The notes under the pieces are model-generated. The model had not been told where the DNA came from. It did not search any database and saw nothing but the letters and a program-made list of their open reading frames with translations. Made by a program: the position numbers and the translations under genes. Positions 1 through 9,691 of a stretch of 64,000 bases of DNA are shown here, piece by piece. Origin of the DNA: an uncultured Acidobacteriota bacterium (GTDB lineage: Bacteria > Acidobacteriota > Vicinamibacteria > Vicinamibacterales > UBA2999); NCBI GenBank assembly GCA_963750995.1, contig CAVVST010000005.1, positions 347,988 through 411,987 of the forward strand. Direction: 5' to 3'. Each line of letters begins with the position of its first letter. Within the stretch, counting starts at the first letter, position 1.

Positions 1-428
1 ACTGGCAGGTCTCGGCGATCGTCGCCGCGCGTTCCGGCGGTCATTTCAACGTGACGACGGGCGTGGACAATGCGCTGAACGGGCAGGGCAATCAGCGGCC
101 GAACCTGGTGCTCGACGACCCTTACCTGAAGGACGGGCTGCGGTGGCTGAACCCCGCGGCGTTCCGGGCGCCCGCCAACGGCGAGTTCGGCGATCTGAAG
201 AACAACAGCCTGATCGGACCGTCGCGGTTCAACATCGACATGGGCATCACGCGGTCGTTCCCGGTCGGCGGACAACAGCAACTGCAGTTCCGCGCCGAGG
301 CGTTCAACGTGCTCAACCGCGTGCAACTGAACAACCCGGTGTCGGTGTTGAACAACGGCACCTTCGGCATGATTACCTCAGCGGCGGACGCCCGCGTGAT
401 TCAGCTGGCGTTGAAGTACACGTTCTGA
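1..428 (+). CDS. TonB-dependent receptor, C-terminal fragment (5' end off-window)
   Basis: Frame open to the window edge. Barrel C-terminus ...[11 protein letters not shown]...[10 protein letters not shown] with terminal Phe parallels the C-terminus of the complete receptor at 12481..15777 (...LEAFNLFNT...ILQFGIKYGF*). Confidence 0.8.
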   Translation, partial: WQVSAIVAARSGGHFNVTTGVDNALNGQGNQRPNLVLDDPYLKDGLRWLNPAAFRAPANGEFGDLKNNSLIGPSRFNIDMGITRSFPVGGQQQLQFRAEAFNVLNRVQLNNPVSVLNNGTFGMITSAADARVIQLALKYTF

Positions 429-562
429 CGCTGCCGGGTCCGCTCCGCGGAACCCGGCCTACGTACCGCCTCTCATCCGTACGTCAGGGCGGGTTCCGCG
501 CAGCGGACCCGCCCCCGTTGAGGCACCCGGATTTGCACGTCCGAGATCCGAGGTACCTCACC

Positions 563-1897
563 ATGCACACACTCAACCTCGTCCGGTCGTTCGCGCTCGT
601 TCTGCTGGCGACGCTGAGCGTCGCATGCGGTGCAACGGCACGGCTGGCCGTTGAACACGGCGTCGGCCCGAACCCGTCGCTGCCGCCGCCCGAGAACTCC
701 CTCATCCCGACGGTCAACGTCGTAGAAGCCGTGGGATGGGGAGATGGACAGACCCCGGTTGCCGCCCCTGGAACGCGCGTCACCGCATTCGCGCGCGGAT
801 TGGATCACCCGCGGTGGCTCCACGTCCTGCCGAACGGCGACGTGCTCGTTGCCGAAACCAACGCGCCCCCGCGGCCCGAGGACGGCAAGGGGATCAAGGG
901 ATGGTTCTTCAAGCGGTACCAGAAGAAGGCGGGCGGCGCCGTGCCGAGCGCCAACCGCATCACGCTCCTGCGCGACGCCGACGGTGATGGTGTCGCCGAG
1001 ACGCGCACGGTCTTCGCGGCCAACCTCAATTCGCCGTTCGGCATGGCGCTCGTCGGCGACACGCTTTACGTCGCCAACACCGACGCCCTGGTCCGGCTTC
1101 CGTACAAGGACGGCGTCACCGAGGCGTTGGGGCCCGCCGTGAAGGTTGCCGATCTTCCAGGCGGTGCGCTGAATCACCACTGGACGAAGAGCCTGATCGC
1201 CAGCCAGGACGGGTCGAAGCTGTACGTCGGCGTCGGCTCCAACAGCAACGTCGCCGAAAACGGCATCGAGCAGGAGGAAGGACGCGCCGCCGTGTGGGAG
1301 ATCGATCTGCGCACCGGCGCACACCGGTTGTTCGCGTCGGGCCTGCGAAACCCGGTTGGCATGGCCTGGGTGGAGGAAACCGGCGCGCTCTGGGTCTCGG
1401 TCAACGAGCGCGATGAACTGGGTGGCGACCTCGTCCCCGATTACATGACGAGCGTCCGCGACGGCGGGTTCTATGGCTGGCCCTACAGCTACTACGGTAC
1501 CAACCTGGACATGCGCGTCGAGCCGCAGCGGCCGGATCTCGTCGCGACCGCGATCGAGCCCGATTACGCCCTCGGCTCGCACACCGCGTCGCTCGGCCTG
1601 GCGTATGCGGCCGATGCCACGCTGCCGGCGCCATTCGGCCGCGGCATGTTCATCGGCCAGCACGGTTCGTGGAACCGCGTGCCGCGCTCGGGATACAAAG
1701 TGATCTTCGTGCCGTTCAAGGAAGGGAAACCGTCAGGAATGCCGATCGACGTGCTCACCGGCTTCGTCACCGAAGATGGCGACGCCATGGGCCGGCCGGT
1801 GGGTGTCGCGCTCGATGCACACGGAGCGCTGCTGGTCGCCGACGACGTCGGCAACGCGGTCTGGCGGGTCGCTGCAGCCGATGACGAAGATCGGTAG
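563..1897 (+). CDS. PQQ-dependent sugar dehydrogenase (soluble glucose/sorbosone dehydrogenase family), secreted
   Basis: ATG at 563 gives signal peptide [23 protein letters not shown]. Motifs [37 protein letters not shown] and GGFYGWPY are typical of this six-bladed propeller family. The longer ORF from 143 has a non-protein-like N-terminus. Confidence 0.85.
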   Translation: MHTLNLVRSFALVLLATLSVACGATARLAVEHGVGPNPSLPPPENSLIPTVNVVEAVGWGDGQTPVAAPGTRVTAFARGLDHPRWLHVLPNGDVLVAETNAPPRPEDGKGIKGWFFKRYQKKAGGAVPSANRITLLRDADGDGVAETRTVFAANLNSPFGMALVGDTLYVANTDALVRLPYKDGVTEALGPAVKVADLPGGALNHHWTKSLIASQDGSKLYVGVGSNSNVAENGIEQEEGRAAVWEIDLRTGAHRLFASGLRNPVGMAWVEETGALWVSVNERDELGGDLVPDYMTSVRDGGFYGWPYSYYGTNLDMRVEPQRPDLVATAIEPDYALGSHTASLGLAYAADATLPAPFGRGMFIGQHGSWNRVPRSGYKVIFVPFKEGKPSGMPIDVLTGFVTEDGDAMGRPVGVALDAHGALLVADDVGNAVWRVAAADDEDR

Positions 1898-1900
1898 CCG

Positions 1901-3683
1901 CTACGGTACGAATCCTTCCGGCAGGAGTTCAACCGCTACTGCGGTGCCTTCGCTCGCGGTGCTCGCGTTCGGCGCAACCCTCCAGGTCAGAAAGACCTCC
2001 GCCGGGCGCGCCAGCTCACCGCAGCCGACTGACGAAGGGGCGGTCGGTCGATAGCTGATGAAATGTACCTCAGACAGGTTCCTCGTGCGCGCCCGTAGAA
2101 CCCCGTTGGAGGTTCGCACGAGGAGGACCGCCTCCGCGCCCGTACACACGACCGCCTCGAAGATGCCGTAGATGCGCTGTTCGCCAGGCTCGACACTGCG
2201 GAATACCGGGGTGTTGCTTCTGGTGGTTGATTCAGCCGATCCGCCGAGGAGCTGTCGGGCGCGATCCCGCTCGACCTCGCTGGTGGAGCGCGCGAGGACG
2301 GGGCCGAGCAACTCGCGCGCGGCGGCAGTTTCGTTCAGCCGCAGGAGTGCCTCGGCGAGGTAGAGGGCCGCGACGTGATTGGTCGGCTCGGCGCGAACCA
2401 CGGGCGTCAACAGGTCTCGCGCCGCGACGTAGTTGCCCGTCGCCAGGTGCGTATAGGCAAGCTGGATCCTCGCCTCCCTGTATCCCGGCCTCAATTCGAT
2501 CGCACGCTCGAGCGCCTGTGCGACCTGTGCCATGGTTTCGTCGTCGCGATTGCCGCTCGCGATCAGCGCGTTCGCGTACGCGAACTGGACTCGTTCGTTC
2601 CGCGGTCCGGATTTCACGGCGCGGTAAAGATGGTCCAGGCCTTCGGCCGTCCGGCCCTGGCGCATGTGCAACGTTCCCAGAACGGCGAGGGCGAGCTCGG
2701 AATCCGGCTTTCCTGCCAGCGCGGCCTGTGCGCGCGTAGCGGCTTCGTCGGAACGGCCCATGACGCTGAGCAGATCGGCGAACCAGGCGTCCGCTTCCGC
2801 GTCGGAGATTTTCGTCGGCTCGGCGTTGATGCGCGTCACAACCCGGTCCGACAGCTCGTACAGGCCGAACGCGTAGGCCTGCCTGGCGACATAGAGCTGA
2901 ATCTCACGCTCCAGTTCACGGGCAGTAACGCCGTACGCCTCGCGGAAGCTCATTTCCGTCGCGCCTCCGTTCGCCACTTTGCCGACGAAGGCCAGCAGCT
3001 GCTCTCGTCGGCCAGGCGGGCCGTGGAAGGCGTGATGGACAATCGCCCACGCCTGCGCGTACAGAACCTCGCGGTCGATCACGTCCGAGGTGTAGGCGCG
3101 GGAGCTCCGATCAATCGCAAACAATTCCGAGAACGGAAGCCGTCGTTCGCGGAGCAGCGTGACATGGCGGGCGATCGCCTTCCCGATGGTGGCCCGGCGG
3201 CCGCCGTTGATCACCTCGACGGTGCTGTAGGTACTCGGCCAGGCCTTCGTTGAACCACACGGGCGCGTCCGCGAAGACGCCGCGAAGCAGTAGATGGGCG
3301 TATTCGTGGAAGACGACGTGGAACGCTCCCTGCCCCGCCTGCACGTTGAGCGTGATGTAGTTGACGTCCTGTCCTGACTGGAAGAATCCGCCGGCTCGAA
3401 CCACCTGCCCGTTGTTCCTTGGCATGAACGGCTCGTAGGTTCTCGCGTCGCGAAACACCAGTACGACGACCGGGGGAGCGCTCTCTTCGCGAAGGACGGC
3501 TGGATTCAACTGCCCGACGACTTCGCGAAACTGCTCGAGCCTGACTGCCACGTCGCGGAGTCGGCCTGCGGTGGTATTGCCGATGACCTGGAAGTGATCC
3601 GACCGTAGCGACAACCAGTCCGCGGCGGCCGTGCCGTGCGTCAGGAGAAGCGCGGTCAATACCAGCACCGGCAGGTATCGCAT
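1901..3683 (-). CDS. HExxH metallopeptidase-like protein with C-terminal TPR repeats (one apparent frameshift near 3226)
   Basis: ORFs 3111..3683 and 1901..3214 join into one protein. It has signal peptide MRYLPVLVLTALLLTHGTAAA and an HEYAH motif, and reads ...NEGLAEY / YSTVEVINGG... across a 1-nt shift. The C-terminal half has TPR-like helical repeats. Confidence 0.7.
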
Positions 3684-3754
3684 CTTCGTCCTCGAGTCAG
3701 AAAACCGGGCGAGATCGGCTAAGTTAACACGAGTAACCCGCAGGAGAACTGCAC

Positions 3755-4198
3755 ATGCGAACAGCCTTCGTGATCGCCGCCGTTGGTCTTGCGCTTTCGT
3801 CAGCCGCGTCGACGCAAGCGCGGTTCGGGACGCCTGCTGATGAAGCGGCGATCCTCAAGAACCGTGATGCACAGAACGCGGCGTATAACCGCCACGACGG
3901 GAAAGCCTATGCCGTCCTGTTGGCCGCCGATGCGGATCGCGTGGATGCCTCGGGTACGCTGACTGGACGGGCGCAGATCGAGAAGTACTATTCGGATTCG
4001 TTCGCCGCTGATATGACCCGCGTGGTCAAGGACGAAACCAGGAAGGTCCGCTTCGTCACCAACGACACGGCCTTGCTCGATGTGGATAACCTGGTCAACA
4101 CCCGCAACGGCACTGTCCGGAACCACGCCACGTGGGTCTATGTGAAGCGTGACGGCCAGTGGATATCGGTGGCACAACGAGTCATTTCAAAACCGTGA
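3755..4198 (+). CDS. SnoaL-like / DUF4440-type NTF2-fold protein, secreted
   Basis: 147-aa ORF with AGGAGA 8 nt upstream, a signal peptide, and an NTF2-like pattern (...AYNRHDGKAY...HATWVYVKRDGQWISV). Confidence 0.7.
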   Translation: MRTAFVIAAVGLALSSAASTQARFGTPADEAAILKNRDAQNAAYNRHDGKAYAVLLAADADRVDASGTLTGRAQIEKYYSDSFAADMTRVVKDETRKVRFVTNDTALLDVDNLVNTRNGTVRNHATWVYVKRDGQWISVAQRVISKP

Positions 4199-5194
4199 TC
4201 ATCGGCGCCGGCTCCACAGCCGCGCCGACAAGGGCAACGCGATCAGTCTGAACACCGTGTCGCAGGCGTTCGCGAACGAGGCGGCGCGGGCACGGGCGGC
4301 GTCGGCGGCGAGGCGCTGAATCGCCGAGGCGCGGATCGGTTCGGCGAGACCCACAAGGAATGCCAGCACGAGCACCATCGCGGTGCTCGCGCCTGGCTGC
4401 ACCACCGACACCCCGAAACAGGCTGCGCCGAGCGCGCATAGTCCCGCCAGCCCGCGGACTCCGGTTCCCGGCAGCCGTGCCGCCACCAACGATCCAGCGG
4501 CTTCGGCCACGGTAAAGGCCGCGACCAGCAGGGTCAGTTCCTCGGCGTCACGTATGCCGCTGGTTTGCGCCAGGAAGGCTGCCGCCGAACCGGCGGCTGC
4601 GAGAAGTCCGGTCGGCAGGATGAGGAGCCCGATCCCGACTGCCGGACTGCTCGAAGACGACGTGACACCACTCGCCTCTTCGGGTTCCTCAGCCGCCGGC
4701 GGTTCGACCATCGCAACCGCGATCGCCAGGCCCACCGCGCACAAGGCGGTCTCGGCGATCCATCCCGCCGCAAAGCCCCAGGTCGTGACGATCGCGCCGC
4801 CGGCCAGGACGAGCGCGACCAGCGCGCCGAGTTCCACCGCATTCGCGCGTGCCTCGATCGCCTGAAACCTCTCGGCGCGGTCGAGCGCATGGCAGGTTCG
4901 ATAAACGAGCGCCGCGTCCGCGCCCGATCGGAAGGCGTCGCCGAGCGCGACCAGGACGGTCGCGGTGACCAGCCCGCCGATACCTTCGCCCAGCCAGCAC
5001 CAGATCATGCCGACGACCTGGACGGCCGAGCCGGCGATCAAGCTGGCGCGGTGGCCGACACGATCGGCGAACCAGCCGGTCGGGAGTTCAAAACAGAGGA
5101 GTGCGAGCTCACCCGCCGCGAGAATGGCGGCCACCGTGGCGGGGGGCACCTGCTTCTCCTCGACCCACCAGAGGAGATACAGGCCGTGCATCAC
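4199..5194 (-). CDS. MFS transporter
   Basis: About ten hydrophobic helices and the MFS loop motif ELPTGWFADRVGHR after TM2. GTG/ATG start at 5194/5191. The frame stays open about 20 codons upstream without a canonical start. Confidence 0.7.
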   Translation of the reverse strand: MMHGLYLLWWVEEKQVPPATVAAILAAGELALLCFELPTGWFADRVGHRASLIAGSAVQVVGMIWCWLGEGIGGLVTATVLVALGDAFRSGADAALVYRTCHALDRAERFQAIEARANAVELGALVALVLAGGAIVTTWGFAAGWIAETALCAVGLAIAVAMVEPPAAEEPEEASGVTSSSSSPAVGIGLLILPTGLLAAAGSAAAFLAQTSGIRDAEELTLLVAAFTVAEAAGSLVAARLPGTGVRGLAGLCALGAACFGVSVVQPGASTAMVLVLAFLVGLAEPIRASAIQRLAADAARARAASFANACDTVFRLIALPLSARLWSRRR

Positions 5195-5297
5195 GCCCTC
5201 GACCGCGGCGATCCGGTACGGCAGGTAAAGAAAGAGGTTTCGCCGGAGGCGGGATCAATTCGGAGGCATTTCGAGCTCAGTCTACACCGTTCCCGCC

Positions 5298-5303
5298 TAT
5301 AAT
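5298..5303 (+). promoter_or_regulatory. candidate -10 element (TATAAT) upstream of 5328 gene
   Basis: Perfect TATAAT hexamer 25 nt upstream of the ATG in an otherwise GC-rich intergenic region. No convincing -35 at 17 nt spacing. Confidence 0.25.
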
Positions 5304-5327
5304 CTCGCGCTATCGAGGGAGCGTCCT

Positions 5328-6524
5328 ATGAATACACATAAGTCACTGACCGTGGTCGTTGGTCTGGTTGTCGCGCTGGTTGCGGGGATGGTGGGGCGTG
5401 CGCAGGTCGTCACGGGACAGGCAGTCGATGAAAGCGGCGCGCCGCAGTTCCGCGTCGATCCGTTGTGGCCGAAGCCTCTGCCCAACCGGTGGAGCATGCA
5501 GCAGGTGACCGGGATCAGCGTCGATCCGATGGACAACGTCTGGTTCCTGAACCGTCCAAGCGCACCCGAGCCCGACGAGCTCGACGCCGGCACCGATCAG
5601 CAGCTGCGGCTCTGCTGCGTTCGCGGGCCTGAGCTGATCGGACTTGACCAGATGGGCAACGTGGTGCACGCGTGGGGAGGCCGCGACCACCCGAAGTGGC
5701 CGACGAACTCCCAGACGGTGATCGCCGACTCCAAAGGCAATGTCTGGATCAGCGGGACCGCCGCGCAGGACAGCATCATCAAGTACTCGCGCGACGGCAA
5801 GGTTCTCTGGGACTTCGAGCATCGTCCGACGGCGGAAGCCGCGAAGATGCCCGAGAACAACCAGGAGACCAGCTTCCTGATCAACAAGGGCCGTTTCCAG
5901 CTCGACGAAGTCGCCAACGAGCTCTACATCATTCAGCAGAAGCGAGTGGTCATTTACGACGCGTCAACCGGCGCCTATAAGCGCGGCTGGGGCGGGCACG
6001 GCATGCCGCTCAGCGAAATCTCGAACGAGCCGATTCCGGGATACAAGTGGACCGGGGGCCCGCCGCCCGACGAGAAGAACTTTGTCCCCGACCTGCATTT
6101 CGTCGAGATCTCCCGCGACCGGCGGGTCTACATCGGCGAGCGCGGCGCCAACCGCATCCAGGTCTTCACCACCGAAGGCAAGTGGCTGCAGGACATCATG
6201 GTGTCGCCGAACACACCCGCGCGCGGCTGCGGGGGCGTGATGAAGGAAGCGGGGCCCTGCGGCACCACCTATAAGCTGGCGATTTCCAGGGACCCGCAGC
6301 AGAAGTACCTGTTCGTCGCCGACGGGCACAACTTCGTGATCTGGATGCTCGATCGCCAGAGCGGCAAGACACTCGGTTACTTCGGCGGCAACGGCCGGCT
6401 CGCCGGCCAGCTGCACTTCCCCAACGCAGTCGCCGCCGACTCGCGAGGAAATATCTATACCGGCGAGGTCGACACCGGCAAGCGGATCCAGAAGTTCACA
6501 CCGGTGATGGCGGCGAGGAAGTGA
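5328..6524 (+). CDS. NHL-repeat six-bladed beta-propeller protein, membrane-anchored or secreted
   Basis: 398-aa ORF with an N-terminal hydrophobic anchor and repeated 'G..(V/I)..D..GN(V/I)(W/Y)(I/V)' blades (MGNVVHAW, KGNVWISG, RGNIYTGEV). Confidence 0.7.
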   Translation: MNTHKSLTVVVGLVVALVAGMVGRAQVVTGQAVDESGAPQFRVDPLWPKPLPNRWSMQQVTGISVDPMDNVWFLNRPSAPEPDELDAGTDQQLRLCCVRGPELIGLDQMGNVVHAWGGRDHPKWPTNSQTVIADSKGNVWISGTAAQDSIIKYSRDGKVLWDFEHRPTAEAAKMPENNQETSFLINKGRFQLDEVANELYIIQQKRVVIYDASTGAYKRGWGGHGMPLSEISNEPIPGYKWTGGPPPDEKNFVPDLHFVEISRDRRVYIGERGANRIQVFTTEGKWLQDIMVSPNTPARGCGGVMKEAGPCGTTYKLAISRDPQQKYLFVADGHNFVIWMLDRQSGKTLGYFGGNGRLAGQLHFPNAVAADSRGNIYTGEVDTGKRIQKFTPVMAARK

Positions 6525-7002
6525 CCCGGCGCTGATCGAAGAAGTGCTTCCAGAAGAAGCCGTTCTGAAAGGCGACGAGATAGACCATCAGTTTCGCGCG
6601 CTCGAAGATGTCGCCGGTGGAGCTGACCTCCCCGGCGATGCTGACCAGCGGGATGAAGACGATCGGCGACGCGAGAATCGGCATCAGGAACGGTAACCAC
6701 TCGATGGTGAGCCTCGTGTCGCCGCGCTCGGCTTTCGCGTAGACGTAATGCGCCATCATGCCGAGCACCATCGACACGTAGCTGATGATGAGCGCCGCGG
6801 TCTCGCCGCTCCCGCGGCTGCGGCCGACGGGAGGAAACGTCGCGACGTAGATCCACAAGAGCACGGCTGCGAGCACTACTGCGCCAGTCAGGGCGCGCGC
6901 GGGCCGGCTGGCGCGGAAGCCGGACACGATGACCAGCGCGGCCAGCGCGACGCACGACCCGGCCAGCGCCAGTCGAAGAGGTTCGAGGGCGATGCCGGGC
7001 AT
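6496..7002 (-). CDS. small integral membrane protein (about 4 TM), last gene of caspase operon
   Basis: ATG at 7002 (MPGIALEPLRLALAGSCVALAALVIV...) lies 2 nt after the stop of the caspase gene. The longer track ORF to 7242 would overlap that gene. Four hydrophobic segments. Confidence 0.65.
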   Translation of the reverse strand: MPGIALEPLRLALAGSCVALAALVIVSGFRASRPARALTGAVVLAAVLLWIYVATFPPVGRSRGSGETAALIISYVSMVLGMMAHYVYAKAERGDTRLTIEWLPFLMPILASPIVFIPLVSIAGEVSSTGDIFERAKLMVYLVAFQNGFFWKHFFDQRRVTSSPPSPV

Positions 7003-7004
7003 GG

Positions 7005-8420
7005 CTACGAACTGCCGACGAACACGAACTCGCCGCGGCTCAATTCCGGCGGGTTCCTGCCGTCGCCTCCGTAGCCAAGGTCTCGAATCCGGGGCATCTG
7101 CGCCGTGAGCCCGTTTTTCTGCACCTCCTCGACGACGTAGTTTTTGACGCGGCTGTAGAGGTCGTAGGTCGTCACGATGCCGCCTCCCTTCGGCGGATGC
7201 AGCGCCCGCAGCACCGCGCTCGTGAAGAGTCCCCCGCCCCACTTCTGGAGGTCTTCATGCGCCACCTGGTTGGCATCGCCGGCGGTGATGACGAATCGGC
7301 TCCCCTCCCGGGCGAGCGCGAACACCTTCTCCCGCGTCCGGCGATCGAGCGGAGCCAGCACGTCACGCACGCCGGTGATCACCGTTCCGCTGTAGCAGGC
7401 GTCCAGCAGTACAAGGAGATGTTTCACTTTGACGCCGCGAATCCACGACATGAAACGCTCCATCGGCACGCGCGCACCTGACGACAGTACCAGGTCGGCG
7501 TCGCCGGTCTTCGACTGCTGTCCATGGCCGGCGTAGTAGATCAGCAGCCGATCCTCGGGGCCGATCTGGTTGTTGAAATGTGCCTGTACCTGGCGGAGTG
7601 CACTTTCGGTCACGGCGCGATCCGAAAGCACGACCACGCGGTCGAAGCCCTGCGCGGTGAGGTACGCCTTCATCCGCTCCACATCCTGGGCGGCGCCCGG
7701 CAGGTTCCTGCCGGCGTCGTCGTAGGTAGAGATCCCGAAGAGCAACGCGTAGCTGTTCTCGAACGGGCGGCCGTAAACGACGTTCGGCAGGTTGGACATG
7801 CCGGGCAGCGTGCTGGCGGTCTTCACGAACCGCTCGACGAGCCCCGGCGCGCTCGATCGCGTTCGGGCGGCCGTCCGGATCACCTCGTTCGGAAGAATTT
7901 CCGCGGGGTGCACCGTCGTCGAGACGGTCATGAAGCCGTTGAACTGGAAGCCGGCCGGCCGGAGGAAGAACACGTAGCCGCTGCGTGATTGGGCCGGTCG
8001 CAGCTCGAGGCTGGTGAGCCCCCGTTCGAACGGATCGGGCGCCCAGTCGGACTGCGTCAGCCTCTTCAGGATTTCGTGAAGTCTCACATCCTCGGAAAGG
8101 CGCTGCTTCGCTTCCCTGGCCTCGATCGGACGAACCTGCACCGTCGGTCCGCCGGCACTCCCCAGCGTCAGGCGGAGATCCTGGGTACCAAGCGCGATTG
8201 GCGATTCAGAAATGTTCCGCGCCGTGATCCACACCGGGAACACGAGCGTCCCCTGCAGGCGCGCGAAGATGGCAACAGGGTCCTCGTAGCTGATGTCGAG
8301 CTGAAGCGCCGGCGGCGTTCCGAGGACGACGCTCGTGCGCACGTCCTGTGCGGCGGCACTGCGCGCAAAGCACAGGGCCGCCAGCACAACGGCCGCGCCG
8401 GCGAGTCGGCTTGTCACCAT
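7005..8420 (-). CDS. secreted caspase-family (peptidase C14) protein with an uncharacterised N-terminal domain of about 200 aa
   Basis: Signal peptide MVTSRLAGAAVVLAALCFARSAAAQ. Catalytic dyad contexts LLIYYAGHGQ (His) and LVLLDACYSG (Cys). Confidence 0.85.
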   Translation of the reverse strand: MVTSRLAGAAVVLAALCFARSAAAQDVRTSVVLGTPPALQLDISYEDPVAIFARLQGTLVFPVWITARNISESPIALGTQDLRLTLGSAGGPTVQVRPIEAREAKQRLSEDVRLHEILKRLTQSDWAPDPFERGLTSLELRPAQSRSGYVFFLRPAGFQFNGFMTVSTTVHPAEILPNEVIRTAARTRSSAPGLVERFVKTASTLPGMSNLPNVVYGRPFENSYALLFGISTYDDAGRNLPGAAQDVERMKAYLTAQGFDRVVVLSDRAVTESALRQVQAHFNNQIGPEDRLLIYYAGHGQQSKTGDADLVLSSGARVPMERFMSWIRGVKVKHLLVLLDACYSGTVITGVRDVLAPLDRRTREKVFALAREGSRFVITAGDANQVAHEDLQKWGGGLFTSAVLRALHPPKGGGIVTTYDLYSRVKNYVVEEVQKNGLTAQMPRIRDLGYGGDGRNPPELSRGEFVFVGSS

Positions 8421-9613
8421 CCGAAGTTTCCCTGGAAGAACAACGATTGGCCGAGCATGTCGCCGAACGACGTCACCTTGTAGCCGGCGTCGATCGACGC
8501 GCCTGGCGCAAGCGCATACATCACGCCGCCGAGCACCATGTGCATCGCCGGCCGATCGATCGAAGACTCGAGCGCATAGGTTTCCGCCACCCGGCCGATC
8601 ACGGACAGCGTGGTGGTTGCGTCGAACCGAACCGTTCCGCCCACCGTGAGGTCGTACGCGATCCCCCGGTCATTGAGCGCATCCGCAATCGCGGCACGGA
8701 AGGTTCCTTCTTCGCCGGGTGGGACGTAACTCTTGGTGCCCTGCAACAGGCCACCACCCCCGACCGTCACGCGCGCGAACCGGCGCCGCGCCGACGCCCA
8801 GCCGCCGCCGGCGACGTCGAGCGAGCCGAAGCGGATCGGATCGATTTGAGGCGATGTTGCCGCGAGGCTCCGCGAGCTCGAGTAGAGGAAGCCCGCGCGC
8901 GCGGTACCGCCGATCCGGAATATCGTGGTATCGCCGCGCTCGATGAACGGATGGTAGTCAACGGCCGCGCTCGTCGCCGAGGTGCGGAGCCCGTCCTCCT
9001 GGCGGCCGAAGCGCCCCTGGACAGACAGCGTCCGGCTGAACCCGAACACCCCCTGCGCGCCCCACGCAGAATCGCCGGATGCGCGGTTGTCGCGGTGCAG
9101 CCATTCGGTCTCGAACAGCCCACCCGCACCCAGGCGGCTTCGCGACTGCGTCTCGTTGGCGTCGAGAACCGTCGTCAGCAGCAGCTGCTGCGAGTACAGC
9201 CCCGCCATGTCGCGTCCCGCGGCCGCGGCAGACAAGCCTCCCGGAAAGAGGACCGTCAGCAACGGCCCGGCATTATCGCGGGCCCACTGCTCGAACTCCG
9301 CGCGCGTGCCGACAAAGGGCGTCGTGAACCCGGTGCCGGCGGGAGGCGTCGTGCCATCACGTGGAACGACCCGAAAGGAGATGATGTCGGCGCCTTCGAA
9401 GTCGCCCAGCTCTCCTGTCTGGTTGGTAACTGTGGCGTCGACCAGGCCGGAGAAGAGCCGCGCCCGGTCGAACAGCAGACCGGTGGGCAGCGCCTGCGAC
9501 GGCAGGGACAGAATCGCCTGTGAGAACTCCGTACTCTGCGCCCCGGCCAGGGACGCTGCGCCGAGATTCACCGCAAGGACCGCACACCAGCCCTTCACTA
9601 GATATCGCGTCAT
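8414..9613 (-). CDS. predicted outer-membrane beta-barrel protein
   Basis: Signal peptide ending AGAQ, alternating hydrophobic/Gly-rich strands, and C-terminal ...LFFQGNFGW* (aromatic terminal residue). The stop overlaps the caspase start (ATGGTGA). Confidence 0.6.
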   Translation of the reverse strand: MTRYLVKGWCAVLAVNLGAASLAGAQSTEFSQAILSLPSQALPTGLLFDRARLFSGLVDATVTNQTGELGDFEGADIISFRVVPRDGTTPPAGTGFTTPFVGTRAEFEQWARDNAGPLLTVLFPGGLSAAAAGRDMAGLYSQQLLLTTVLDANETQSRSRLGAGGLFETEWLHRDNRASGDSAWGAQGVFGFSRTLSVQGRFGRQEDGLRTSATSAAVDYHPFIERGDTTIFRIGGTARAGFLYSSSRSLAATSPQIDPIRFGSLDVAGGGWASARRRFARVTVGGGGLLQGTKSYVPPGEEGTFRAAIADALNDRGIAYDLTVGGTVRFDATTTLSVIGRVAETYALESSIDRPAMHMVLGGVMYALAPGASIDAGYKVTSFGDMLGQSLFFQGNFGW

Positions 9614-9691
9614 AGGACCTCCAATCCGGGAACTATCCTGATTAACGCCGCCGGCACGGCGTTGGAACAGGCGGATGGAGGCGTCGAGCCG

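Noticed and set aside
473-1663. Long antisense or alternative-frame ORFs throughout the track (e.g. 473..1663, 2375..3253, 9662..10915, 12733..13710, 14017..14952, 24022..24930, 27940..29106, 29144..30280, 55534..56289).
   Set aside because: They lie opposite or out of frame to genes with clear family signatures. Their translations are Arg/Pro/Gly/Ala-rich with no motifs, as expected for shadow ORFs in high-GC DNA.
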